Shown here: one piece after another, positions 9,280 through 18,858 of the stretch | Layout of the letters: each line of letters begins with the position of its first letter | Position numbering within the stretch: the first letter of the stretch is position 1 | DNA from: an uncultured Rhodobacterales bacterium | Lineage (GTDB): Bacteria; Pseudomonadota; Alphaproteobacteria; Rhodobacterales; Rhodobacteraceae | Length of the DNA stretch: 64,000 nucleotides | Assembly (NCBI GenBank): GCA_964580005.1 | Contig: CAZOIZ010000002.1 | Location: 5,308-69,307, forward strand | Reading direction: 5' to 3' | Translations under genes and position numbers: made by a program | Notes under the pieces: generated by a model | What the model saw: the letters and a program-made list of their open reading frames with translations, nothing else | Told to the model about the DNA's origin: nothing | The model's database searches: none

Positions 9280-10227
9280 TTAACAATATTCAACAGTAAC
9301 TCCATTGGTTTGCATATCCTCTGTTAATGCATAAGGCAATTTGTCTTGCTGGAATAAATAAATCTTTTTCATGAAAAGACCTTTTGTTAGATGGCAAGCC
9401 ATGCTTAGTGCAAATTCTTTATAAAGAAATACATCCTTTTTAGAAAACTCATAGAGATCAGATGGACACCAAATACAATTCACACCTTCTTTCAACAAAA
9501 AAGCTACCTCAGTCTTACTTCGTGCTAGTTTCCAATCATTAATTTTTTTATTTAGAACATATGCATTTTGTGCAACTGACATTGTGAGTACTTCAATGTC
9601 AGTTTCAGGGTTCATTTCTGAGAATTCTTTAAAAATCTCTGACAGGCAGATAACCCAAGTCATTGTTGAAGTGGAAACAAATTCCTTTAAATTAGAAATA
9701 TTTTCGGGTAGCAGCATCCTATTAGAAATAAATAACAGACCAGTATTTGGGATCTTGGTCTTAATTATTAAATTACTTTTTTGAAGGGATTTCAGATTTG
9801 TTTTAATCCCATTTGATTGCACCTTAGTTCTACTTATCTGAACCCCAAGCTTCCCTGAACCCCTATCTAGCTTTTCCAGACGTACAGTAACGGCAGCCAC
9901 ATTATCGAGACAAAGGCACGAAAGAGCAATTTTCTCTGCTAATGTTTCGAGAAGCGCTACTCTTTTCTGACCAATCTCATTCTCAATAACTTCAATTATA
10001 TTGTCATATGATAATACAAGATCTACGTTATCATGCATTGGATAATTATTGGTATTCACTTCCAAAATAACGTTGAAAGAAACCCTTTGCTTTATACCAT
10101 ATTCGGACTGAAAAGCACCGATGTCGATCTCTCTTATGTAGTCTCTTACTAAAATATGATCAACATTTGCCTTTTTCTTGGCACCGAGGTAAAGGAGGTC
10201 TTTTTTCTTAAATTTTTCGGTAAACAA
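9280..10227 (-). CDS. folB: dihydroneopterin aldolase domain fused to an unrecognised C-terminal domain of about 175 aa
   Basis: The N-terminal ~135 aa are FolB-like (IREIDIGAFQSEYGIKQRVSFNVILE ... LLETLAEKIA). I recognise no motif in the C-terminal half. TTG start at 10227 is preceded by AGGAG with a 6-nt spacer. Confidence 0.65.
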   Translation of the reverse strand: MFTEKFKKKDLLYLGAKKKANVDHILVRDYIREIDIGAFQSEYGIKQRVSFNVILEVNTNNYPMHDNVDLVLSYDNIIEVIENEIGQKRVALLETLAEKIALSCLCLDNVAAVTVRLEKLDRGSGKLGVQISRTKVQSNGIKTNLKSLQKSNLIIKTKIPNTGLLFISNRMLLPENISNLKEFVSTSTMTWVICLSEIFKEFSEMNPETDIEVLTMSVAQNAYVLNKKINDWKLARSKTEVAFLLKEGVNCIWCPSDLYEFSKKDVFLYKEFALSMACHLTKGLFMKKIYLFQQDKLPYALTEDMQTNGVTVEYC

Positions 10228-10260
10228 TTGATGCTCCTAATGAGTTTAAAGTATGTATAA

Positions 10261-10971
10261 CTAATTTTTGTAAAATATATGCCTGCCTATTTTCCTGGTC
10301 TTTTTAAATTTCTTTGACCAACTTGGGCTTACTTCAGATGCATGAAAAAATGTTGCACCGTTTGTGACATCAGAGAAAGCACCATTTAATATCATTGATG
10401 CAAGTTTAACTATCCTTCTATAGGTTTTTTTGTCATCAATCAGCTCTAATTTCCCGTCGCAATTGTAAGAAAATTGACATGCATGTCTTTTGTTTGAACC
10501 CTCAGAAACCACTCCACAAATTGTGCTTGGAAATTGGTTGGATTTTTTGCGATTAATAATTACATCAGCTACTGCAATCTGCCCCTCTATCTGTTCACCC
10601 CTTGCCTCAAAATATAAAGCCTCAGATAAGCATTTGAGTTCCCTACTCATCTTGGGCATTCGTAGACTATCCAGGGCTCGTTTTGAAAAAAACTGTTTTT
10701 CACTATTTTTTGATAAATAAACCCTATCATAATAAACTAGACCTGACAGTTTTGTTAAATAATTGTCATTAATGTTATCCAACCGCATTATCCCTTCTTC
10801 AACAGTTGTTTTCAAATTCACAATTAACTGCTCAAATCTGAGATCGCTTTCTTTCACGATATTTGAATTTGTTTGAGATAATAATGGATGAGTTATTAAA
10901 ACTAAATATATCAAAACAATAGGGAATATTGCAGTTATATTAAAATGTGCATATTTCATTTTTATGTCCAA
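10261..10971 (-). CDS. SleB-type cell wall hydrolase with N-terminal signal/anchor
   Basis: CLSEALYFEARGE, VADVIINR and a CQFS..CDG segment typical of the Hydrolase_2/SleB domain, plus an N-terminal hydrophobic helix. The start may be TTG 10971 or ATG 10959. Confidence 0.75.
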   Translation of the reverse strand: MDIKMKYAHFNITAIFPIVLIYLVLITHPLLSQTNSNIVKESDLRFEQLIVNLKTTVEEGIMRLDNINDNYLTKLSGLVYYDRVYLSKNSEKQFFSKRALDSLRMPKMSRELKCLSEALYFEARGEQIEGQIAVADVIINRKKSNQFPSTICGVVSEGSNKRHACQFSYNCDGKLELIDDKKTYRRIVKLASMILNGAFSDVTNGATFFHASEVSPSWSKKFKKTRKIGRHIFYKN

Positions 10972-10973
10972 TT

Positions 10974-13523
10974 CTAGTTCAAATTTCTTATTCTTGATTG
11001 GGCAGCGGCTAACCTAGCTATCGGCACTCGATATGGCGAACATGATATATATTCGAAACCAACAGATCTACAAAAACTAATGGATGACGGGTCACCCCCA
11101 TGCTCTCCACACAATCCCGTTACGATCTTTGAATTTGCATTTCTAGCTCTCTGCACTGCTATTTTAAGCAATTCACCGACACCCTCGACGTCGATAGTTT
11201 TGAAGGGGTCACTGCTAAAAAGCTCTTTTTCTATATACTCTTTCATAAATCTATTAGAGTCATCTCTGCTTAAGCCGTAAGTCATTTGAGTAAGGTCATT
11301 GGTACCAAAACTCAAAAAATCGCATGATTGCGCAATATCACCAGCTCTTAACGCAGCTCTTGGGGTTTCAACCATTACTCCTAACTTATATTTTAGATCT
11401 ACAAAATTCTCTTTATTTAGTTGTGAAAACACTTTTCTAATCCTATCTCTTACCAAATCAACTTCTTTATTAGCAGAAATTAATGGAATCATAATCTCGG
11501 GCTTTACCACTACACTGTATTTCCTAAAAACCTCAATCGCTGCAAGAAAAATAGCTTGCACCTGCATATCATATATCTCGGGAACCATAACACCGAGCCT
11601 TACGCCTCTTGTACCCAACATTGGGTTGAACTCAGATAGATCTTTTATTCGATCACCCAATTTTTGTTCCGTTATTGACATGAGCTTCGCTGTCCTCTTA
11701 ATTTCTTGTTGCGAATTTGGAAGAAACTCATGTAGTGGTGGATCTAAAAGCCTTATCGTTACAGGAAGGCTCGACATTTCTTTAAAAAGTTCAATAAAAT
11801 CTTCTTTTTGTATTGGCAAGAGCCTTTCAATTATTGAACCTCGTTCCTCATCACTGTTAGTTAGTATCATTTGTCTAACTAGATTTATACGATTGGAATC
11901 AGTAAACATATGCTCCGTTCTGCATAAACCGATTCCATCTACTTCATAAAACAATGCCACCTTAGCTTCTTCCACCGTATCAGCATTAGCTCTTATTTGA
12001 ATATCACAAAACTCATCAGCCCATTGCAGCAGAGTGCTAAATGTACTTGTGAACTCAGGCGGTCTCAATTTTACTTTTTCTAGATAGATAGCGCCTGTAG
12101 AACCATCTATTGTAATTTCATCACCCTCCGAGATTACATCACCATCCTCTAGTATGAGAATTTTCTCTTGTTCCTTAAATACCACATTTCTTACTCCTAC
12201 GATGCATGGTATTCCCATGCCCCTAGCTATAACGGCGGCATGGCTGGTCATACCTCCCTTTACGGTTAGTACACCTTTAGATAAAGACATGGCATTAATG
12301 TCATCAGATATAGTTTCACTTTTAATTAATATTGCGTCAGTTTCAGTTGAGTTATATTCAATAACTTTATTAGTTGACATAGCCACCCTCCCGGAAGCAG
12401 CACCGGGGCTTGCTGGTACCCCCAAAAGAGCAGCTTTAAGATCAATATCTTCTGAGACTGATGGATGAAGGAAAATATCTAGATATTCTGGGTTTATAAG
12501 CAAAAGACCATCTTCTTTTTCAATTAACTTTTGCTCAACTGATGAAACAACAAACTCAATAAACTTCTTTTGAGGTAATGCAACTTCCTTTAATCCAATC
12601 AAAAATAATATATCGCCGTCTAACAAAAAACTTACCTCTAATGGTGATTTAACTTTATTGGTCAAACTCCCAATCAAATTGCGTAATGAGTTAAATTTGA
12701 GCAATTTGCTGATCTCTTTTTCACTAACTGGGCTGAAAGAAGACTTTTCACTACTTTTATCTAATCGGAAGCACTGATAACTCGATTTTCCTGTTTTATT
12801 ATCAAAATTCATCACTTTAAAATTTTCCAATGGCTTATTTTCAATACCATAGTGCATTTCTTGCAGAATAATTGGTAATAACTCCTCTCTCTCTCTACCA
12901 CTTACCTCCCGTAGTATTTTCTGAGTAGGACTAATCCAACTCTTATAAATTGAATTTATTACTTCTATTATTTGTTCTGAAATATTTCTTGGAAATTGAG
13001 ACTTTGTTTCCAAAGAGATTAATTGCTTTATTCTATTTATTTTGTCGAGACTACTTTCTTCAAAAATTGGTTCAAGCCTTTTTGGATGTTCTAATAGACT
13101 TCGAAGTTCAACACAGTTTTCAAGATCTAGGTTATATACAGTTGAAGAAAACATTTTGAGGAAGCTTAAGTAAATTTCGTATGCTTTTTTTATCCCTACC
13201 CTCTTTTGAAGGATATCATAACTTTGATCGTCAAGCCCAATATAAAGAAAAGGTTCGTTTTTTGTGGAAAGGTCAATAACGGGACTTGGCCTTATTGCGA
13301 GTAATTTATTCTTAAAGTGTGAAAGGACTTCAGCAGGAACATACTTTTTCTCAAAGATTTCTTTAACGAGTTCACCAGAAAGAAATACTGTGTCAGGAAC
13401 AGGAAACTGCCACTTTTTAGCCAAACTAAGGTTGCATGCTTTGTGCCCAAATTCTTCGATTTTTTTTTGGCTGTCAGGTATCTCGTTGAACAAATATCTT
13501 GAGGTTAAGTTCATGCCATTCAT
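10974..13523 (-). CDS. ppdK: pyruvate phosphate dikinase homolog (divergent N-terminal nucleotide-binding domain)
   Basis: GGMTSHAAVIARGMGIPCIVG, GLCRTEHMF, LLDPPLHEFLP, FLSFGTNDLTQMTYGLSRDD, GLCGEHGGDPSS and SCSPYRVPIARLAAAQ. The ATG overlaps the glyS stop (ATGA). Confidence 0.85.
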   Translation of the reverse strand: MNGMNLTSRYLFNEIPDSQKKIEEFGHKACNLSLAKKWQFPVPDTVFLSGELVKEIFEKKYVPAEVLSHFKNKLLAIRPSPVIDLSTKNEPFLYIGLDDQSYDILQKRVGIKKAYEIYLSFLKMFSSTVYNLDLENCVELRSLLEHPKRLEPIFEESSLDKINRIKQLISLETKSQFPRNISEQIIEVINSIYKSWISPTQKILREVSGREREELLPIILQEMHYGIENKPLENFKVMNFDNKTGKSSYQCFRLDKSSEKSSFSPVSEKEISKLLKFNSLRNLIGSLTNKVKSPLEVSFLLDGDILFLIGLKEVALPQKKFIEFVVSSVEQKLIEKEDGLLLINPEYLDIFLHPSVSEDIDLKAALLGVPASPGAASGRVAMSTNKVIEYNSTETDAILIKSETISDDINAMSLSKGVLTVKGGMTSHAAVIARGMGIPCIVGVRNVVFKEQEKILILEDGDVISEGDEITIDGSTGAIYLEKVKLRPPEFTSTFSTLLQWADEFCDIQIRANADTVEEAKVALFYEVDGIGLCRTEHMFTDSNRINLVRQMILTNSDEERGSIIERLLPIQKEDFIELFKEMSSLPVTIRLLDPPLHEFLPNSQQEIKRTAKLMSITEQKLGDRIKDLSEFNPMLGTRGVRLGVMVPEIYDMQVQAIFLAAIEVFRKYSVVVKPEIMIPLISANKEVDLVRDRIRKVFSQLNKENFVDLKYKLGVMVETPRAALRAGDIAQSCDFLSFGTNDLTQMTYGLSRDDSNRFMKEYIEKELFSSDPFKTIDVEGVGELLKIAVQRARNANSKIVTGLCGEHGGDPSSISFCRSVGFEYISCSPYRVPIARLAAAQSRIRNLN

Positions 13524-15577
13524 TTTTTGTCTAATTCCGAAAAAACAACGACACTATCCGTGGTTTCGCTGATTTGATTCAATAATGAGTATCGTAAATT
13601 TCGTAGGTCCTTATCCTCACAATTAACTTGAACATTATCAAGAAACTGATTTACTGGGTTAATAATAGACCCCAGTTCTAATAAAGCCTTTTTAAAATCT
13701 TTGTGTTGTAAACTCTCCTCAACTTGTTCTTTGATTAATGTTAGTTGTTTTTGTAATGTTTTATCTTCCTCAGTTGCGCGCTGTTTAGAAAATTTTTTCT
13801 TCGAACTTAAGAACTCTTTATTGGAACTTAGCAAATTAGAAACTCTCTTATACACTGCTAAAAGCCGCACCCCATGTTCAGAAGAAATGAATTCAGTTAT
13901 CTCCCCTATCACTATTGGCAAATTGGGCAAAAAATCTAGTTTATATTGCTTGACTACCGCCTCCACTACCTTTTTTTGATAATTTTTTTCTGTCAGGTAA
14001 TTTATTATTCTATCTTTTAAAAACAGCTGCAAATCGGACATGTCAAAATTAGCTTTTGTTAAATGAATCAAATAATCTAAATCAATATCTAACTTGTTCT
14101 CTAATATTATTCTTATTATTCCTAGTGAGGCTCTCCTTAACGCGAATGGATCTTTATTTCCAGTCGGCTTAATACCAATCTTCCAAAGGCAGGTTACATA
14201 ATCAATTTTTTCACTCAGGGCCAGTACAATTGAAAGTGGTTGTTTGGGAACAACATCATTTGAACCAACCGGTAGATAATGATCTCTAATTGCATCAGAG
14301 ACCGATTTTTCACAACCCTCAATCTCTGCATAATGAGCTCCCATTATACCCTGCAAAGAGGGAAACTCAGCTACGAGACTCGAAACGAGGTCAGCCTTAA
14401 TAAGTGTTGCGGCTTTTCGTACCGCGTCCTGTTCCAAATCAAATTTTCTGGCGAGCAACATAGCAATTTTTACTATTCTCTTTACTCTATCGTATTGAGA
14501 CCCTAACTTTTCATGAAACCTCACACTTTTTAACTTATCGTTCCAGGCCCTCATTCCATGAACTTTCACTGAATTTAGATCATTTTGATAAAAGAAAATC
14601 GCATCTCTTAATCTTGAATTTAAAACACGCGTGTTGCCGGAGAGAATTGTTTTTTGCTCATCATGAGTTTGAAGGTCAGCAATCACTAAAAATCCTTCAA
14701 CTTTCCCACTCGCTCTACTTCTTAGAGAAAGGAACTTTTGGTGCTCTCTCATCGACGCGATTATCACCTCTTCTGGTATCAAAAGTAAGTCTACAGGAAT
14801 CTCACCCAATATAGGAATTGGAAATTCTGTTAAGCCGACGATTTCATCTAAAAGTTTGTCATCCTCCACGAGGTAAAATCCTCTTGCTTCAGCCTGCTTA
14901 TTACCTTCTTGCAAAACTCTTTTTTTGCGATCCTGAGGTTGAAGAATAACTTTACCCTTAAGCATCTTTTCTCGATAATCATCAATTGAGTCAAACTCAA
15001 AAAATTTTGGATGCATTACTTGATGGGCTCTGGTAACGATATCTGAATCAATATCTCTTATACTTAGGGGTACCCTCTCTCTGATCTCATCTTTAAAAAG
15101 GACGGCAGTTATGCCCCTGAGAGGTCTAACCCATCGGAGCGAATAATTGTCTCCCCAGTACATAGATTTTGGCCAATTAAACTCTTGTATAATTTCTGTA
15201 AAAACATGAGCCAATATTTTTGACAAGGATCGCGCATTTACCTTTACAGTGTAAAAATAAAAGTCACCTTTTTCTGTTTTTTTGTTTTGTAAATCACTTC
15301 TTTCAATCTTATTTTTTTTTAAAAACCCTTCTATTGCACTTTCAGGTGCGCCTAACCTGGGACCACGGATCTCTTTAATACTCTCATTTACTTTGGTTGA
15401 AATCTTTTCAAGAATAATACCCAACCTCATTGGTGTAACAAAAGGTTTCATTTTCTCAACTATCAAACCGTTTTCACCAACTTTCTTTAAAGTTAAACTT
15501 TCAAGTTGACGCATTGCAGGTGCTTGCATTTTTGCAGGTATCTCTTCAGAGATTAATTCCAATATAAAATCGTTCAA
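13520..15577 (-). CDS. glyS: glycine--tRNA ligase beta subunit
   Basis: 685 aa; N-terminus MNDFILELISEEIPAKMQ is typical of GlyS. TTG start lies 2 nt after the upstream ORF stop. Confidence 0.9.
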   Translation of the reverse strand: MNDFILELISEEIPAKMQAPAMRQLESLTLKKVGENGLIVEKMKPFVTPMRLGIILEKISTKVNESIKEIRGPRLGAPESAIEGFLKKNKIERSDLQNKKTEKGDFYFYTVKVNARSLSKILAHVFTEIIQEFNWPKSMYWGDNYSLRWVRPLRGITAVLFKDEIRERVPLSIRDIDSDIVTRAHQVMHPKFFEFDSIDDYREKMLKGKVILQPQDRKKRVLQEGNKQAEARGFYLVEDDKLLDEIVGLTEFPIPILGEIPVDLLLIPEEVIIASMREHQKFLSLRSRASGKVEGFLVIADLQTHDEQKTILSGNTRVLNSRLRDAIFFYQNDLNSVKVHGMRAWNDKLKSVRFHEKLGSQYDRVKRIVKIAMLLARKFDLEQDAVRKAATLIKADLVSSLVAEFPSLQGIMGAHYAEIEGCEKSVSDAIRDHYLPVGSNDVVPKQPLSIVLALSEKIDYVTCLWKIGIKPTGNKDPFALRRASLGIIRIILENKLDIDLDYLIHLTKANFDMSDLQLFLKDRIINYLTEKNYQKKVVEAVVKQYKLDFLPNLPIVIGEITEFISSEHGVRLLAVYKRVSNLLSSNKEFLSSKKKFSKQRATEEDKTLQKQLTLIKEQVEESLQHKDFKKALLELGSIINPVNQFLDNVQVNCEDKDLRNLRYSLLNQISETTDSVVVFSELDKK

Positions 15578-15579
15578 CT

Positions 15580-16023
15580 CTATTCTTTCATATACTTATT
15601 ATTTAATTGCCTCCAACGATAACTTGTTCCATCTGGATAAATAGCAATCACCTTATCGATACCGTCAAACTCTTCCTTTTTAAATAAAAAAGCAGATGCT
15701 TTACCATCCGCTAAATCTTTAGTTATATTTTCAGCATTAAAACACTTGAACCAAAAAGGTGCCGTCAGGGGTGTCGGTTTCTCGTATTTAGGAAGGTCAA
15801 TATCATCCAACTTATCTACGACAAAGCATTCTCTCAGCTTTAAACCTGAACTTTCAGAGTCTATTCCTTGGTAATTTGAAATTTCATACCTCTTATTTCC
15901 AAAAAAAATATTTTGCTTTACATCTGTTGCGTCATAATAGGCATAATTTTGAAAGTAAAACAACGCCACAGTGAAAATGATCACGCTACCTAAAAATAAC
16001 ACAGTAAAGCGTTTCCCGTTCAT
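15580..16023 (-). CDS. membrane-anchored protein of unknown function inserted between glyQ and glyS
   Basis: 147 aa with an N-terminal TM helix (FTVLFLGSVIIFTVALFYF). The ATG overlaps the glyQ stop (TAATG) and the stop lies 2 nt before the glyS start. Confidence 0.65.
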   Translation of the reverse strand: MNGKRFTVLFLGSVIIFTVALFYFQNYAYYDATDVKQNIFFGNKRYEISNYQGIDSESSGLKLRECFVVDKLDDIDLPKYEKPTPLTAPFWFKCFNAENITKDLADGKASAFLFKKEEFDGIDKVIAIYPDGTSYRWRQLNNKYMKE

Positions 16024-16937
16024 TATACTCTCAATGAAACTTCATCTATATAAGAATCCGCACACAACTTTGCCAATGTTCTTACTCTGCCGATATATAC
16101 TTGTCTTTGAGCAGTAGATATGACACCTCTAGCGTCAAGAATGTTAAACAAGTGTGAAGCTTTTATGCACTGATCATATGCCGGTAGGACAAGCTTATTT
16201 TTTTTATCTAACGATTTTATTTTTAGGTCTCCTATTCCTAGAATTTCTTTGCACATTTTTTCTGCATCATCAAAATGACGGAAAATAACTTCTGTGTTTG
16301 CTTCGCTAAAGTTCCATGCACTATACTGCTTTTCAGCCTCCAAAAAAATATCTGAATATTTTAATGGTCTTTGACTATTTGGCGAATTGTAGGGTAAGTC
16401 CATCACAGCGTCACACTCCAAAATAAACATCGCAAGTCTTTCGAGTCCATAAGTAATCTCTCCCGTGATTGGTTTGCAATCATGCCCACCTACCTGTTGG
16501 AAGTAAGTGAATTGACTAATCTCCATACCGTCACACCAAACCTCCCAACCCAGCCCCCATGCGCCAAGAGTAGGGCTTTCCCAGTCGTCCTCCACAAATC
16601 TGATGTCGTGAACCCGTTGATCTACACCCAATACGCGTAGGCTTTCCAAATACATTTCTTTCAATGTAGTGGGTGAAGGCTTTATAACAACTTGAAATTG
16701 ATAATAGTGTTGCAATCGATTTGGACTATCTCCATAACGGCCATCAGAGGGTCGTCGGCAAGGTTGTACATAAGCGGCTGACCAATGATCTGGGCCTAAA
16801 CTCCTAAGAGTTGTAGCTGGATGGAAAGTTCCCGCTCCTACCTCGAGGTCGTAAGGCTGGAGTATCACACAACCCTTTTCAGACCAAAAATTCTGTAGCA
16901 ATAATATAATTTGTTGAAAACACTCTGGCTTTTGCAT
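16023..16937 (-). CDS. glyQ: glycine--tRNA ligase alpha subunit
   Basis: 304 aa with [14 protein letters not shown] and GAGTFHPAT; strongly conserved GlyQ pattern. Confidence 0.95.
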   Translation of the reverse strand: MQKPECFQQIILLLQNFWSEKGCVILQPYDLEVGAGTFHPATTLRSLGPDHWSAAYVQPCRRPSDGRYGDSPNRLQHYYQFQVVIKPSPTTLKEMYLESLRVLGVDQRVHDIRFVEDDWESPTLGAWGLGWEVWCDGMEISQFTYFQQVGGHDCKPITGEITYGLERLAMFILECDAVMDLPYNSPNSQRPLKYSDIFLEAEKQYSAWNFSEANTEVIFRHFDDAEKMCKEILGIGDLKIKSLDKKNKLVLPAYDQCIKASHLFNILDARGVISTAQRQVYIGRVRTLAKLCADSYIDEVSLRV

Positions 16938-16987
16938 TAGTGTACTTTTTTCATTTTATCTGAGCTTGTAGCGTGTAAAAAAATTGT

Positions 16988-17602
16988 TCAGCTTATGGAT
17001 CTCATAAACTCATTCTTCTTTCCTAAATCATTGAGGATGACACCGGTAAAATGCATCGTTTTCATGACCGCTCCCTGTTTTTTTATCCCTCTAGAACACA
17101 TACAGTGGTGTTCCGCTTCAACTACAACCCCTACCCCCAAACAATCGAGGTGAGTTTGTAAAGTATTACCTATCTCGGCAGTCATCTTTTCCTGTACCTG
17201 TAAACGTCTGGCAAACATCTCAATTAGTCTAGCGAGTTTTGACAGCCCTACTACTTTATTATTTGGAATATAGCCGATATGAACCTTCCCTATAATTGGG
17301 GCAAAGTGATGTTCGCAAAAACTTTGGAAGCTTACATCTTTTAAAGTTATCATTTCTCTGTAACCCTCAACTTCCTCAAAAGTTTTACTAAGGATTTCAT
17401 TAGGGTTCTGGTTGTACCCAGCAAACCACTCTTTATAAGCCTTTAGAACTCGTTTCGGAGTCTCTTTCAGACCCTCTCTTTCAGGATTCTCGCCTATCCA
17501 TTTTAAGAGCAACCCCAGCGCTTTTTTTGCATCATCATTAGACACGCCGTTTCTGAATTCTTTTTCTTTTGCCTCAGAAAGATTTTTTTCCACAATATTC
17601 AC
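16988..17602 (-). CDS. folE: GTP cyclohydrolase I
   Basis: CEHHFAPIIGKVHIGYIP and a HHCM segment; 204 aa. Confidence 0.9.
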   Translation of the reverse strand: MNIVEKNLSEAKEKEFRNGVSNDDAKKALGLLLKWIGENPEREGLKETPKRVLKAYKEWFAGYNQNPNEILSKTFEEVEGYREMITLKDVSFQSFCEHHFAPIIGKVHIGYIPNNKVVGLSKLARLIEMFARRLQVQEKMTAEIGNTLQTHLDCLGVGVVVEAEHHCMCSRGIKKQGAVMKTMHFTGVILNDLGKKNEFMRSIS

Positions 17603-17794
17603 TGATTTTCCTTTTTCAACCTTAGTTCGGTGTCTTTATTTACTTTTATTATATAGACTAGTAATTGTAATATTGGAATAGCTTAAGTATTTTTTACGAA
17701 AGAAAATACAAATTTCTTTTCGAACAATACCATAAATATTATAAATAATTACGATAGAACCAACATTAATTGGTAAAAAATTCAAACTGACTTT

Positions 17795-18844
17795 ATGGAA
17801 AAAACTTATATCGATATTTTAAAGCCTGATGACTGGCATGTGCATTTACGTGAAGGCCAAATCCTATCAACCGTTTTGCCTTTCACCTATAATAGCTTTG
17901 CCTCAGCGCTTATAATGCCTAACTTGGAAAACCCTGTTACGAATATTTCTTTAGCCGAGACTTATTACAGTGAGATCTGCAAACAGATACCGAAGGAAAT
18001 TAAGTTTACTCCACATATGACTCTTTATTTGACGCGTCATTTGAGCAAACAACAGATCATAAAAGTCAGCACTCATGAATATATTAAGGCCATCAAGATG
18101 TATCCAAAAGGAGCAACGACGAATTCTGACTCAGGTATCTCTATTATTACAGAATTCTATCCTTTGTTTGAAGTGATGGAAAAAAATGGGGTTATACTAT
18201 CGATACACGGTGAAGTTACTGATGAAAAGGTTGACATATTTGAGAGGGAAAAAGTTTTTATTGAAACTACTTTAACACAAATAATTAACCATTTCCCAAA
18301 TTTGAGAATAGTTTTAGAGCATATCACATCAGCAGATGCAGTGAATTTCATCAAAGAACAAAAAATGTTAGCTGCGACAATCACCAACCATCACCTAATG
18401 GTAAACAGAAACATTATGCTGTCGAAGGGGATACGACCAAATTTCTACTGTGCTCCAATATTAAAAACAGAATATGATCGTCTTGCTCTGGTGCGAGCTG
18501 CGATATCTGGTGATGGGAAATTTTTTCTAGGCACAGACAGTGCTCCTCATGTCGATAGTAAAAAAATCTCTTCCTGCGGTTGCGCCGGAATATTTAGTAG
18601 CCCGCTAGCAGTTCCACTTCTGATACAACTATTTGAAGAACATTCTTCTTTAAACGAAATTGAAAACTTCGTATCTAGAAATGGTCGGGTATTTTATGGT
18701 TTAAATCAACACAATGAAAGAGTACGCTACGTTAAAAGGTCTAAATCGGTTGACGTAATAAAAAATATCGAAACCAATCAAGGAAAAATAACTGTCTTTA
18801 ACCCCTACAATGAACTGTATTGGGAAAAAGAAAATTTAGGTTAG
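17795..18844 (+). CDS. pyrC: dihydroorotase (homodimeric type)
   Basis: DDWHVHLR metal-binding motif and GTDSAPH; 349 aa. Confidence 0.9.
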   Translation: MEKTYIDILKPDDWHVHLREGQILSTVLPFTYNSFASALIMPNLENPVTNISLAETYYSEICKQIPKEIKFTPHMTLYLTRHLSKQQIIKVSTHEYIKAIKMYPKGATTNSDSGISIITEFYPLFEVMEKNGVILSIHGEVTDEKVDIFEREKVFIETTLTQIINHFPNLRIVLEHITSADAVNFIKEQKMLAATITNHHLMVNRNIMLSKGIRPNFYCAPILKTEYDRLALVRAAISGDGKFFLGTDSAPHVDSKKISSCGCAGIFSSPLAVPLLIQLFEEHSSLNEIENFVSRNGRVFYGLNQHNERVRYVKRSKSVDVIKNIETNQGKITVFNPYNELYWEKENLG

Positions 18845-18858
18845 CTGTGTGAGGAAAA

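Noticed and set aside
11299-11949. 216-aa plus-strand ORF, plus several other 60-165-aa ORFs (for example 58691-59188, 57115-57558, 51512-51973, 22487-22939, 49283-49720)
   Set aside because: All lie antisense to strongly supported genes (ppdK, lpxC, recN, cobT, plsX, J-protein/cobS) and have composition typical of shadow frames.
17697-17722. AT-rich hairpin CGAAAGAAA-N7-TTTCTTTTCG in the folE/pyrC divergent spacer
   Set aside because: The stem is bulged and almost entirely A-T, with no flanking U-tract in either orientation. It is within chance expectation for a 192-nt AT-rich spacer.
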